A DNA stretch of 64,000 bases from NCBI GenBank assembly GCA_027923505.1, contig BROI01000001.1:248001-312000 (forward strand), read 5' to 3'. Origin of the DNA: Mayamaea pseudoterrestris (lineage: Eukaryota). Of the stretch, positions 34,126 through 46,086 are shown in pieces (within the stretch, counting starts at the first letter, position 1; each line of letters begins with the position of its first letter). The position numbers were made by a program, and so were the translations under genes. The notes under the pieces are model-generated. The model worked only from the letters and a program-made list of their open reading frames with translations, was not told the origin of the DNA and ran no database searches.

Positions 34126-36397
34126 ATGTATTCAAGACCAAGCAACAGTCATAGTAGCAGCGGTAGCAATCGTCGAAGGCACGCCGAGTCTTTTACGCAA
34201 TCCTCCTCGACTTCTGCAGCTTCCGCCACAACGACTTCATCATCATCCAACAATTATCACGCAGCGTCAAGCAGCAGTAATCAGGACAAGTATGATCGAT
34301 TTGAACAATGGCTACGCGATAATGGAGCTCAGTTTGAGATGCTGGAGCTTTGCGAGTATGAGAGTATGGAAGGTTCCTCGTCAAACAGTGCTCGGCTAGA
34401 CGTGCACGCCAACAATCAACATCAACACGCCTTTTACCACGAGGAAAAGAAGGAAGCGACGCAGTCACTCATGGAGCAAGACGGTGAAACTAGCGGCAAT
34501 AGCGAGTTACGCGGCGTTTATGCAAAGTCTTATATTCCTCCTAATTCAATTTGCATGAGTGTTCCAAGAAAGTGTTTAATTACAGTGGAAATGGGACAAG
34601 CCACTCCGATTGGACAGTTAATTATTCAGTCTGATTTGGACTTGGATGCGCCCAAGCACATTTTTCTCATGGTGTACCTGCTTTGGGATCGCAAAGTGAA
34701 TGGACCAAAAAGGTATGTGTGAGAGCGAAGCATCGTATGATGCAGGTTGAGACGCAATAAATGCGTCGTTGCCTGCCGTTGATTTACCCTTTTACTTTTC
34801 AACTCATCCTTTCCTTTCACTCTACTACAGTTTCTATTGGCCATACTACGAGATTCTTCCGCAAACTCTTCGTAACATGCCCATTTTTTGGTCGCAGGAT
34901 GAGCTCGACGAACTCGAAGGCAGCCATTTACTCCGGCAGATTCACGACCGCAACCAAGCAATCGCCGAAGACTACTATAGCATTTGCCAAATTGCTCCAC
35001 AGCTAGCTGCCTTGTGTACACTGGATGAGTTTAAGTGGGCCCGCATGTGCGTCTGCAGTCGCAACTTTGGGTTGGTCGTGGATGGGCATCGAACGTCGGC
35101 CTTGGTGCCGCACGCGGACATGTTGAACCACTATCGACCCCGACAAACCAAGTGGACGTTTGATGAGGATCGACAGGCGTTTACAATTACGACGCTACAA
35201 CCAATCATGGGTGGTGCTCAAGTTTATGACAGCTATGGACAAAAGTGCAATCATCGGTTTTTGCTGAATTATGGATTTGCCGTGGAGGAGAATCGCGAGC
35301 TTGACGGGTTTTGTCCCAATGAAGTGCCACTGGAGCTCTTTGTCGATCCTGATGACGAGTTATTCGCAGAGAAATTGGAATTTTGGAAACGAGGCGAAAT
35401 TGATGGTGGAAGTAGCGCGGAAAGCTATCCTGCGACGGAAGCCGCTACTTGTACAAGCTACCAAGTGCTGGATGCGTCGACTGGCACTAATGTCATGCCG
35501 GTGATGAAGCGAGTTCGCGTCTGCGTTGCAAACAATGAAAATACACGTATTTTGTTTTCATTGCTGCGATCCTTGGCGTGTAACCGTGCTGAGTTGGACA
35601 GTATAATGTCACCGTTTCGAACGACGTTGAGTCGACAGAGCAATCATCATCCGTTTGACGCGCAGTGTAGCGAAGCTACAAACCAGACTACCACTGCCCG
35701 TTCTATGTTTGGACTCCCTGAGACTCCCAACCAGTTGATGCAACAGTATCGAAGCAACGGCTTTCATCAAACACAAAGTTCATCCTCAAATGCCTTTTCT
35801 GCGTCAAATGCTATAACTCCCCTTAGCTACAACCGCTCGTGCCGCGATATTCGCCACCCCATTTCAATCGAGAATGAGCGAGCTGCTATGCGACTGCTAT
35901 TGGACGTTGTTCATCGACATTTGTCCCAATATCCCACTAGCTTGGCGCGCGACATACAAGACTTGGAGGAGCAAGATCCTTGCAAGATCAAATATCCACC
36001 CTATAGCAACAAGCGGCATGCGTTAATACAAGTGCGCGGCGAAAAGGAAGTGTTGCACCATTACATGCAGTGGGCGAGCGTCGCTTTGGATGTACTTGAC
36101 GTTTTGGACGAGGAATTGAAGGAGGAGCGCGGAAGCGTCGAAGCGCAACTCCTTCAGCACGGACAGGTTCGCACGGAGGAACGTCCCAGTTTTGAGTCGG
36201 TCATTCGGCAAATGGAGGAGGATGTCGATTTGGGAAGTCAGCATCATACGATATTGCGTCATTGCGCCGATGTTTTGGGTAGTTTGCGCCGGGAGGAGTT
36301 CAAGTCGATTCGACGGGCGCGTGTCCAGCAATTTGCTTCGGCTTCTCGTTCTATTGTCGATGGCCGGAGTGGGCGGTCCGGGACGACATTTGGCTAG
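34126..36397 (+). CDS. SET-domain protein methyltransferase (SETD3/Rubisco LSMT-like); 2 exons 34126-34712, 34831-36397, 717 aa
   Basis: FEQWLRDNGA, RGVYA, intron 34713-34830 joining to SFYWPYYEILP, WARMCVCSRNF, LVPHADMLNHY, VYDSYG...FLLNYGF, LSQYPTSL. Confidence 0.9.
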
Positions 36398-36511
36398 ACT
36401 AATGCGATACGCTCCTATTGCTACAATTTGCAAAAGAAAGCGACTTTGGGCTGTTAAATAATGTGCGCGAGTCACGTCATCGTATTAATCGTAGTTGTCC
36501 TATTTTGATAG

Positions 36512-37305
36512 TCAGATACTCCTTTGAAACACAAAGCAACCAGCTTTGAGATCACCACTTCCGTCTCGTATCCACTTCCAGTCGACTTCATTGAATATCT
36601 GTCGCCTAGTATCATCGGGAACGACCCCAGACACGCTGACAAAGTATCCGCCTTTCTTCAATGTGGCAGCAAGATTGACACGGCTTGCTCCACTCGGCCA
36701 TCTCCCGAAAGATAGACGGCGTCGAGCAGTCCTTTTTCCAAAATCATATCAAATCGATTTGAATATGAGACTGGAAGTTGGAGGACGTTGCCATGACTTA
36801 TTTGGATGCTGTATTCATCGTCGTCAAGCCGAGCATCACCATCCAGCAAGTCTCGTTGGCGTTCAATCGCATGCTTGGAATAGTCTTGAGCAGTCAGATT
36901 ACGAAAGCCGGCCCGCATAAGATCAAGTATTATCGGATCGTTTCCAATTCCAGGAACAAATACATGCTGCTTGCTTCGGTCAATGTTCTTTGGCAAGTGC
37001 TTTTGAATCACATCAAAATCGTAGTACCAGCTGTATTCATCCGCCGGAAAGTCTCCTCGACCGGCGTAAACGTCATCCCAATACTGCTTGGTACCAAAAG
37101 AGCTTCTCGCGGAAAGCGAGTCGTCGTCATCGTCGTCGTTGTAAGGAATGGCATCATTGCGTGCAAACAGACCCTTCTCCTGCTTAAAATGTCGAGAAAG
37201 CGATCCAGTACGGCTTATCCATGCCTCTGTACTATATACATTATATGAAATTAGCAAGATTAATCCCGAACGTCTCTTTTGGGACGTCTTCAACACGTTC
37301 ATCAT
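36512..37305 (-). pseudogene. Class I SAM methyltransferase (EEF1AKMT4/METTL13-N-like) interrupted by a 1-nt frameshift (pseudogene or sequence error)
   Basis: FGTKQYWDDVY, YSWY, PGIGN, LEKGLLDAV in one frame, which stops at 36658. The expected LKKGGYFVSVS motif and C-terminus continue in the shifted frame to TGA at 36512. Confidence 0.75.
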
Positions 37306-37717
37306 CGGCAGTTATCGCCATGGTCGACTGTGCGTAGACATTGTGTACCGATGCGATTTCGAAGGCGCGCGCGCGGCGAGCTTCACGATTTGGCGTGACA
37401 CAAATCCAACGTTCTCCACGATTCGAGCTCGACAACGCCCATTTTCGTTTCAACAGCGTGCGGGATTTGGTCACGGAGCGAGACAATGGAAGAAGCCGTT
37501 GTTCCTCTATCATAGAGAAGAGCACACGATATGGTCTAGTAGTAAATTTAAAAGAAGAGGTGGAAGAGGCGACGACAAAGAAACTACGAGCTTAACGAAA
37601 TCTGAAGCAACATCTTCCGAGTCGATCGTGGTTATCGCATGCAGCTATCCCGCGTCTTTGGTTTCTGGGATTCATACAAGATCGAGCGATCTCATTGAAT
37701 GACTACCGTTGCTCACA

Positions 37718-38416
37718 ATGAGTACAATTGAAGTTTATCACCATCGCAAAAGGAGCAGTTGTTCAAGTAACTCAAGCTGGATTAGTGATTCATCGACAAC
37801 TTCAAAAACAATGGCTTTTACTTACATTCAAGATCCTTCGCCGCGTCCATCGCAGCAGCACATAAGATATGGCACTTGTCCTGACATGCGCATCCTTGGA
37901 CGTACGTCTCCCGAGATTCACAGTGCGTGTCACTCGTGGACTTGCGCAACAACTACTGGCAATGCCAATACTTCACCAAGGAGCACTGCTTGTTCGCCAC
38001 CAAACATTTCGGGCATGTCGACAACGGTGTGGAAAATGTGCGGTTCTAATCTAACAGAACAATTCACGTCATTGGCCGATGATTGGCCAACGGCAAAAGC
38101 ATCGCTTGAGGATCTTGCCTTATCCCTGGATGGTCTGCGGTTTCACACTCCACACTCCAAGCCCTCTGAAAACCATCAGTCGACATCTCTTGATAGACAA
38201 GGAGACATGGCGAGCAAGGTTATCTATCCATTGGCGAAATTGCCGCACAAGGTGCAGCCGGTCAAAAAGGCTTCGCTCACCAAGCCAACCATGCACCGAA
38301 GATTATCCTTTGACGTGCTGCCCACCCCTCATGAACTCGCCTCTTGTCAAGCCATGAAGCGAATACATCGTCGCAATACGACGCAAATCATTCGACAAGG
38401 TTATCATACTCGATAG
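37718..38416 (+). CDS. Hypothetical Ser/Thr-rich protein
   Basis: About 230-codon ORF in a gene-sized gap; basophilic kinase-like sites RRLSF and RRNT; no domain recognised. Confidence 0.5.
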   Translation: MSTIEVYHHRKRSSCSSNSSWISDSSTTSKTMAFTYIQDPSPRPSQQHIRYGTCPDMRILGRTSPEIHSACHSWTCATTTGNANTSPRSTACSPPNISGMSTTVWKMCGSNLTEQFTSLADDWPTAKASLEDLALSLDGLRFHTPHSKPSENHQSTSLDRQGDMASKVIYPLAKLPHKVQPVKKASLTKPTMHRRLSFDVLPTPHELASCQAMKRIHRRNTTQIIRQGYHTR

Positions 38417-38723
38417 ACAGTGACAGCTGGGCGGCGAGATGCAGCTCCTTTTTGCAATGGCACAGCTCCGGTTTGCATCGGTATAGCTCGGTTTGCATTG
38501 CGAATATCTGTACTTATATTTGCAGATGCCTTTATGAAGAGAATATTAGAATCTTAGTAAAATTCAAAAGTGCCGGTGACACCGTATCAATATGATCCGT
38601 ACAGAGTCCCGGATATATAGTCAGTAAGAAGTACAATTAGGTCCTAAGCCTGCCACTTTGTTCGTCAATCCAACTTAAAACGTGGACCAGTGAGGCAACC
38701 AAGACCAACTTTGAAAGCGCCGT

Positions 38724-39878
38724 CTACGGCTCCCAAACACTGCCGGGAACAAACTTGTCACGACACTGATGGCAGTAGCAAAATGACCGCTGGCAGCCGA
38801 CAAAGGCGCGTGGATCTTGCGCGTCAACGAGCTCCCTAATCTGCTTCCAAACGTTCAAGATAGCTTGCTTGGTGTCATGCATGGTAGACTCCTCAATGTC
38901 ATTGTCCCACACCATGGCTTGCCCCGAGTGACTCGTGAGATACAAGAGTCGCAGTTGCGTGACGGGAAGACTTTGCAGCAACGCCGCCTCCTCCCGCATG
39001 GAAACATTGTCGGGGTCTAATGATGATGTGGCACTCTTCTTGCTGGCTCGCATTTCTCGCAACAGCAGCGCGTAAATCTGCAACTGGAAAAAGGCTTCCT
39101 CTCGAATGCGCTGATTGAACGCAGGACTATATTTCAAGTCGGGAGCCTTGCCCGTCTTGTAATCCGTAATGCGAAAGGAGGCGGCGGCTGATGTTGCTTG
39201 TGGCATCACCGATTGAGACCGCACCAAGTCAAGTCGATCCACAATGCCGCGCACGAGAATCGAGTCGTCGTCACTCTCATCATCACTCTTCAAAACAGCC
39301 TTGACCCACACTTCGCGCTGAGCAGGTTGCGCCAGTCTCATGGGGTCTTCAATTTGCACATAGTTTTCAAGCAGTCGCAAACATTCATGTCCCCACTTGA
39401 CTTCACTTTCGGTAGAATCAAACAACTCCAAGTGCTCCTCGTTTCTCAGTAGACTCCATGACTTGCGCAACAAGTTTTGCGCATTCTCCAAGGTGCGATC
39501 GTTTGGTTTCAAGTCAAAGAGTTGCTCCAGTGCCGAGTGCGTGATGCGTCCCTTGAGCAGCGCCAAGGTCGTTGGCTGCGACATGCCTAGCATGTACTGA
39601 AACAAAAAACTTTGCGGACATGATTGAAATGTTGTGATACTGGAAGGTGACAAGCTCTTTGGATAAACAAGTGGTTTTTCGTATGGGTCAATGAGTGGTG
39701 AAGCTGCTTCATCGTCGTCCGTGCTGCTTGTCGAGGTGACGAGAGGTGTGGCCGATAGGGACCGCCGAGTAGAAATCCGGCTCCTTTTTGCGACAAACGC
39801 TAGCGCCGAGTGCATTTTAGTAGCGAGTAGAATGCAGAGGCAGCAAAGTAGATTGGCTAATGAGCAATATGGTCCCAT
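38724..39878 (-). CDS. PD-(D/E)XK nuclease, RecB-family/Cas4-like, with probable organellar presequence
   Basis: LSPSSITTFQSCP, GRITHSALE, RGIVDRLD, ITDYKTGK, FQLQIYALL, C-terminal CQRSFCYCHQC. ATG 39878 gives a signal peptide ending ALA-F; upstream ATG at 39992. Confidence 0.88.
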   Translation of the reverse strand: MGPYCSLANLLCCLCILLATKMHSALAFVAKRSRISTRRSLSATPLVTSTSSTDDDEAASPLIDPYEKPLVYPKSLSPSSITTFQSCPQSFLFQYMLGMSQPTTLALLKGRITHSALEQLFDLKPNDRTLENAQNLLRKSWSLLRNEEHLELFDSTESEVKWGHECLRLLENYVQIEDPMRLAQPAQREVWVKAVLKSDDESDDDSILVRGIVDRLDLVRSQSVMPQATSAAASFRITDYKTGKAPDLKYSPAFNQRIREEAFFQLQIYALLLREMRASKKSATSSLDPDNVSMREEAALLQSLPVTQLRLLYLTSHSGQAMVWDNDIEESTMHDTKQAILNVWKQIRELVDAQDPRAFVGCQRSFCYCHQCRDKFVPGSVWEP

Positions 39879-40126
39879 GGAGAGAGTAGTAGGCTTTCGA
39901 GAGATGAATGGCGCGGTCGGCGATGGTCGATCGAATCGCATTTGGAATGTCGCACCATCACTAGCCACGTCATTGATTCGTTGACGATTCAATCAACGGA
40001 AAGATTGGTTCAAATAACTGAAAAATGCACGCCAGCCGGTCCAGTGAAGGTCTCGCAAGAATAGCCGAACAGTCCTTCCAGCCCTTCTGCCGCACTCGGC
40101 AGCAATCTTTTGCTTCACATTCGACC

Positions 40127-43042
40127 ATGAGGAAAGCTGGGGTTGCCCTCCGCGGGGCTACCAAGAGCCGACGCAAGGAAAAACAGCAACACGAGCAGCA
40201 GTCTTCGTCTTTATCATCATCTCCTCAGCAACACATACAGCAGCAGCAACAACAATCAGCGACTAGTAACGGCTCTTTACAGCCTGAGGACTTTGCGGCA
40301 ATCACTGCCAAAAACTATCGGCTCGCCAAGGAGCTTTCGGAGCTGCGGGTCCGGCATCGGGAGGAATGTCGTAACGTGACGAGGCTTTCCATGGACAATG
40401 TGCGTGAAATAAAGAAAGAATGATTGCTGGTATAGTCATGCGCAATGGTATACATCTACTGACACTCTCATTTTCTTCAATTCTCGATTGCATTCTTTCG
40501 CTTCAATTTGCTAAACCTACAGATTAACCTTGCCTCCAAATGTCGCGACACAATGGCCCAAGTGAGAGCACTAAAGGCAGAAGTACGAGCGCACAGGCAA
40601 CGACTGCGTGACGTCGCTTCAGCCGCATCAAACAACAATGGTGCGGCAGCAGACGCAGCAAATCGCAGCGCCGCCTCCAGTCCAGCCTCCACCAGTGCCA
40701 GTGTATCGCCAAAGTCGACGGATGATACGCTTCTGCTGTCGAGTCGGTCATCCATGGGAGGCGTCGACCAGCTATTCGAACGACGGCAGTTGCATGCAGA
40801 CACGAATGAAATGGAAGGCAACGTGACGGTTCCACCGGCCGCTGCTGCTGCGTCACCCGTAGCAGCCGCGACTGGAGCTGCAGCTTCAATGTTGAGTCCG
40901 CCGCTGCAGCAGGAAATGGATCGCATGGATCGAATCTTGGCGGAGCATGCGCGACAAACCGTTTGCATCACCGAGGAACCGTCCTTGGAGGCAGCCACGA
41001 CGACGGATTCGTCGCTCTTGTCAGTGCCGGAAGATGCGGAAGTAGGACATGACGGCGATGTTCACGAAAATGCAGCAACGGAGGAGCTGGAACATGCGCT
41101 GGCGGAACAACCACAGGCGACGGAGGAGAATGCTGCTCCGGATCCTAATGACGCTGATGTGTCAGACACAAATACAAGGCAAAGCAGCCACCAGTCGAAT
41201 CAGCAGCAAACGGCGGCGACTAGCATAAACAAACCATTGCTGGTTTCATCCGACGACTTTGAGGAGGATGTACGCTTTAACCAAGACGGCGACGCCTTTT
41301 CCAAAGATGACGACGAGGGAGAGGCTTACGACTCGGCGTCTCCGTTGGCCATGCCAGGATGGGAGACGCAGTTTTCACCGTCACCTCAGTTCAAGTTTTA
41401 CGACGAGGAGTATCCGCAAGACATTTCATCCGTCAGTGTTCGCAGTAGCAAGGACTCGGCCGACCATTATTCCTTGTCGCAGCAGCAACTTGGGGAAGTG
41501 CAGGAGGAGGAAGTGGTTGGTGGCGGTAATCATGATTTGAGCAGCATGGATGCGTTCGAAGCGTCCTTTGCCATTACTGCCTTTCCGGAAAGCTTTAGTC
41601 CAAAGGAACAGGAACGGCATTTGCGTGATTTGAAGCGTAGAGCGGCCAGAAGGAATGGACGCAACAACAACAATGCGACTGCTGCTGCTAGTGAAAGTAA
41701 TGGTGATTACGCACCTGTGCGACGAGACTTTACCAACTCGCCACCTCCGACGAACATGCTAGGCGAAGCCAAGTCGGACGATTATGCAACGACAACAACC
41801 GCAGTGTACGATCCATTCACACATAGTCCAAAGCACGACGAGACTTCCAATCCGCTAGAACCACCGACTCAAAGTATTCCGATCGAACCTCTTGTCATTA
41901 AGTGGGGCACGCGGGCGCGAGATCGAATGCGAGGGACGACGACCATGGATCCACCAGCAGCTTTGTATGGCAGTAACAATGGCAAGAAACTGTCGGTGCG
42001 TCAAGTATTGGACTTGTCTTCGTCATCTGCCGATGAATCAAATCAATACCCAGCGACGACGGCTACGACTCCAGTGTCAAGTAAAACTAGAAATGGCAGC
42101 GATGGTGTTATGCAAACCCCGAGCCCGACGAGTGTTTCCTCGGCGAGCGCTGCCGGCAAAAGCTACAGCAGTCCATCAAAAGAAAAGAAGCCTTTACCAG
42201 CTGTCTCTTGGGACGGTGTTCGTTCCATTCTTCCATTTAACAGCAAGCTATCATCACCGCGAAAAGCTACTTCATTGCACTCTCATCAAGATGGTCCATC
42301 CACGCCGACGCAAGCTTCCCGATATGCCACGGAATCGGATGCGTACTCCACACCTCCGTCCTCGGCTGCGTCCAACTCGTTACAAAATAGTGGAGAATCA
42401 TACGCATCCTTTGAACCGCCAAGGCCACAAAAAACTGGTTACGATGTTGCAAGGGCAAAATATGAAAAGGCTACAAGACCTCGACAGAACCAGCTTGATG
42501 CAGATGCTACTAACAATGTCATGCCCCAGGAAAGCGCCGTCTCTGCCGAAGAATTAAGCATAACATCCAGTCCAACCAGTATTAGGTCAGGAGAACGGAA
42601 TGGTCGACTGTCCGCCGACGCCCATGTTTTGGCTACCGTTAGCGTCAAGGATCGAGCAGCTGCGTATCTGGCGAGCTCGCCTCCTCAAGATGCACCATTG
42701 ACTTTTGAAGCCACCTACATGTATCTTAAGCAGAGACCGGGTCCAAGTTACGACGACTCTGATGGTGACATTCCACTGAATACGAGTTTATCAAAAAGCA
42801 AGAGCAATCACGCGAAGGATGATGACAGATTGGGCGATTCTGACGATGAGTTGTCGTCTCCAAAGCGGCAGGTCTGGGAGGAAGATATTCCACCATACAA
42901 TTCGTTTGACGCTGACCGGGAGGCTGTGGACGTTGACCGTCCGTACGATCCCTATGAATTGGAGTCGCAACTTAAGCGTCCTCCTCCTCCACAGTCGCAA
43001 CTCGGAATGAATGACGCACCATTGAGACATGTATACCGGTAA
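40127..43042 (+). CDS. Hypothetical protein: N-terminal coiled coil plus long disordered S/T/D-rich region; exons 40127-40399, 40523-43042
   Basis: Intron 40400-40522 (GTGCGT...CTACAG) joins KNYRLAKELSELRVRHREE...LSMDN|INLASKCR in frame. A possible third exon lies at 43259-43364. Confidence 0.7.
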
Positions 43043-43850
43043 TAAGTATTTTTACATTCAATGATAAGTCTTTCGTGCACGTATGCATTGCATGACATTC
43101 ATGCCTAACCGATGCCAATATATCCAGAGTACTATAGCTCATAACCGGGCTACTTTTGAATATTAAAGTCTCAAGGCTCTTCGTCATTTCCTGACACCAA
43201 CTGGTAATACATTCAAATGTCATCTTTCGTGAGCGGTGAATGCTCATTACTGTTACAGGGCAGACATTGTCGCTGATGATATCGGGTATGATGCCTTGTC
43301 CGAGGTCAACAGGCACTTCGTGTGCCTTGGGAAAACCAGTGACCGACTTGCTGACATCGACTAGCAGAGCAGTAAGCTTGGCTCGTTCTCGGACTGTTTA
43401 TTTGCTCATTCCTGCGCAACTTATGCACATCGTGAAGTTATCGCGCGTGTGTCATTGGCATTTCCGAGTCGTGTTGTAAATAAATGTCGTACAATCACTC
43501 ATGAGTTGTGGAGACGCGTGGAGCGACGTTAAGCCGCCATGAAAACTCTATACGATGCATCCAAGATACCTTCGAATCGGGAATATTCGGCTTGCGAAAA
43601 AGCTCGCAGCGGCCATGGCGCTGCTTGATTCCTCTCCAAGGTCAAGTCTGCCGCCAACAAAAAAGTCTCTATCAACACACTCAATTACTCAATCATATCC
43701 TGACTTGAGATATCTATCTTTAACAGCTGGCGTTTTATAGCTTTACATCGCAACAAAAGCATAAATCCGGACGATATTGATTTTGCACTCGACAACCATT
43801 TTGTCCATCACTCGTTCCGATCAATTCGAGTACTAGCGAATCAGTCAATC

Positions 43851-44663
43851 ATGCCGGCTCCTTCACTTTGCGGCAATTTTCTACAAAATAAGCGAGCGCT
43901 GATTGCATTCACTTGGACACTGACGACCGTGTTGACGCTCGTGGCCTTTATACTGACCCTCGTCTACGTTGGCCACGTGCACACGCGCTACCTGTGGCTG
44001 GAGCGATATTACGAGGAGCAATACACGAGCGCGCAGCAGCAGCGTAACCAGGAATATGATGACGACCAGCGCCAAAATAACAATAACAATAATCATTACA
44101 GTTCACAAGACGAGCGAGACTACAAGGAGAAGATGCAACTGGCGCATGTGGCGTCGAAAAGCATCACCTTTGTGTCACTCTACACCATGTCAATGTCGGT
44201 CGCACTCGTCATGTATGGATCAACAGCCATTGTTGGTTTCACGTCACTGCGAGGCGTCTACATTGCTCCATGCTTTTCCAATCCAGGCTATTCCAGCAAG
44301 CTCAAGGTTGGAATCTTTGGCGGTGCCATTATACTCTTTGCCAATCTACTGCTTGTTTGCGCCGTTATATTTGGAGAGGTTCGCGTTGAAAACTGGGACG
44401 GCGAGGGAGATGGCAACAAGGACAATAAGAATGATCGAGAACCTTATGAGGTGGAACGAATAGCAACCATTTTGGCAGTTTGCTGCATGTTTCTGTCGGC
44501 GCTTTATACAATCTTTGCCATTCTCCTCTTTCTATACTATGTCAGTGATGACGATGTTTTGGAAGACGAAGACGATGTTGTTGCAAAGAGTCTTCCGGCC
44601 TTGTCGAGTGATCCAAGGCGAGAGAATTTCATTACGATTGGGGAAAGGCTACAAACTAGTTAG
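43851..44663 (+). CDS. Hypothetical four-TM membrane protein
   Basis: Four hydrophobic helices separated by charged N/Q/D-rich loops, with an acidic cytosolic-type tail. Confidence 0.75.
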   Translation: MPAPSLCGNFLQNKRALIAFTWTLTTVLTLVAFILTLVYVGHVHTRYLWLERYYEEQYTSAQQQRNQEYDDDQRQNNNNNNHYSSQDERDYKEKMQLAHVASKSITFVSLYTMSMSVALVMYGSTAIVGFTSLRGVYIAPCFSNPGYSSKLKVGIFGGAIILFANLLLVCAVIFGEVRVENWDGEGDGNKDNKNDREPYEVERIATILAVCCMFLSALYTIFAILLFLYYVSDDDVLEDEDDVVAKSLPALSSDPRRENFITIGERLQTS

Positions 44664-45152
44664 CGATTCAATATGTTGCACCGGCGAGGATGCGTGCGTC
44701 GGCCAACGACGGGGCGGCGTTGGCAAATGCCAAAAATCATGTACCTTTGTAAGCAATTATAAAAGGACACAAACTACTGTTGACTCGTGTGCGTTTTCTG
44801 GTGTAATGTATGTAGGAATGTAGGTTCCAGTTCAGCGCCGATCTTCGTCGCCACGTGTTGGGAACTGTCGATTTACAAACGAATCAAGGCTTGCTGTAGT
44901 TGAGCATTCATTATGACTTCTAACTGATAGCCACCGGTATTTTACCACTTTATGCATCGCCTTGGTGGAACTAAAGGGACCAGAGGCTCCAATTGGTAAT
45001 TCTAGGGTAGGTTACGCTCGCACCGGGACTTGAGTTTGTCTGTCCATCGACGGATGCGGACGATCCGCCGTGCTTCCACCATGATGCAGCACAGACACTC
45101 GACAGTCAATTTCTTATATTCGTTCAACATTTGAAGCAGCAGCAGCACCAGC

Positions 45153-45965
45153 ATGACTACAGCACATCGCCCAACCTGGAAGGCTGCCGTCGCCAAGGAG
45201 AGTGGCGGATGGACGGCGGGAGGAGCAGTCTCAACACTTCGTTCCGTCTTGGATGCCCCAGCCCACACCAAACTCAAGTATCGCCGCGAGACTGCTGCAG
45301 CCGATGGCAAGGAGGAGCGCATCAAAGAGTCGCTGCGTGCATTAGAGAAAGCGGAGCGAGAGCAAGACACTTTGAAGCTCCGGCAGCATAAGAGTCTTAA
45401 TAGCAATCGGCGCAGCAAGGAGGAGGAGGACGAGTTGAAGGAACGAGCCCAACGCAAGCTATTGACGCATACCGATAAGATTGACTTGCTAGCCATCAAG
45501 GCCAAGTACAATGACTCCGATGTTGAAGATGATGACGATGATGACAAACAAAGCAGTGACAAGGCTGGAACAGCAAGTCATGATAATGACGACGCTGCCG
45601 CTAGCGACTTGGATGCGGATGATTCCGATTTGGACGCTAGCAGTGACAGTGACGACGACGATGACGATGAAGCGGCTCTGCAGGCGGAACTTGCCAAGAT
45701 TCGGGCCGAGCGCGATGCTACAAAGTCCAGGGAGGAGGAGCAGCGCATGGCTGAAGATTTGGAGTCGCAGCAGGAAGCGGCATTGACGGGCAATCCATTG
45801 TTGAACATGAATGCTTCCACAAGCATGTCCAAGAAGCGAAGCTGGACGGAGGAATCGGTCTTTCGTCATCAAGCAAAGAACGAACCAAAGCCGGTGAAGC
45901 GATTCATCAATGACACTGTTCGCAACGATTTTCACAAGCGATTTTTGAACAAGTTTATTCGTTAA
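45153..45965 (+). CDS. CWC15: Spliceosome-associated protein CWC15
   Basis: MTTAHRPTW start, PAHTKLKYR, ELAKIRAER, GNPLLN, KRSWTEESVF, FINDTVRNDFHKRFLNKFIR end. Confidence 0.96.
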   Translation: MTTAHRPTWKAAVAKESGGWTAGGAVSTLRSVLDAPAHTKLKYRRETAAADGKEERIKESLRALEKAEREQDTLKLRQHKSLNSNRRSKEEEDELKERAQRKLLTHTDKIDLLAIKAKYNDSDVEDDDDDDKQSSDKAGTASHDNDDAAASDLDADDSDLDASSDSDDDDDDEAALQAELAKIRAERDATKSREEEQRMAEDLESQQEAALTGNPLLNMNASTSMSKKRSWTEESVFRHQAKNEPKPVKRFINDTVRNDFHKRFLNKFIR

Positions 45966-46086
45966 CAATACTACTGGTTGATAGTAATAGGACAGTACCA
46001 TGACACTGCAATACGAGACACTTAATTATTTAAAATGGACTATACTGTCGTTAACATGTATAAGAATATTTCTTCCCCTCCTCCGT

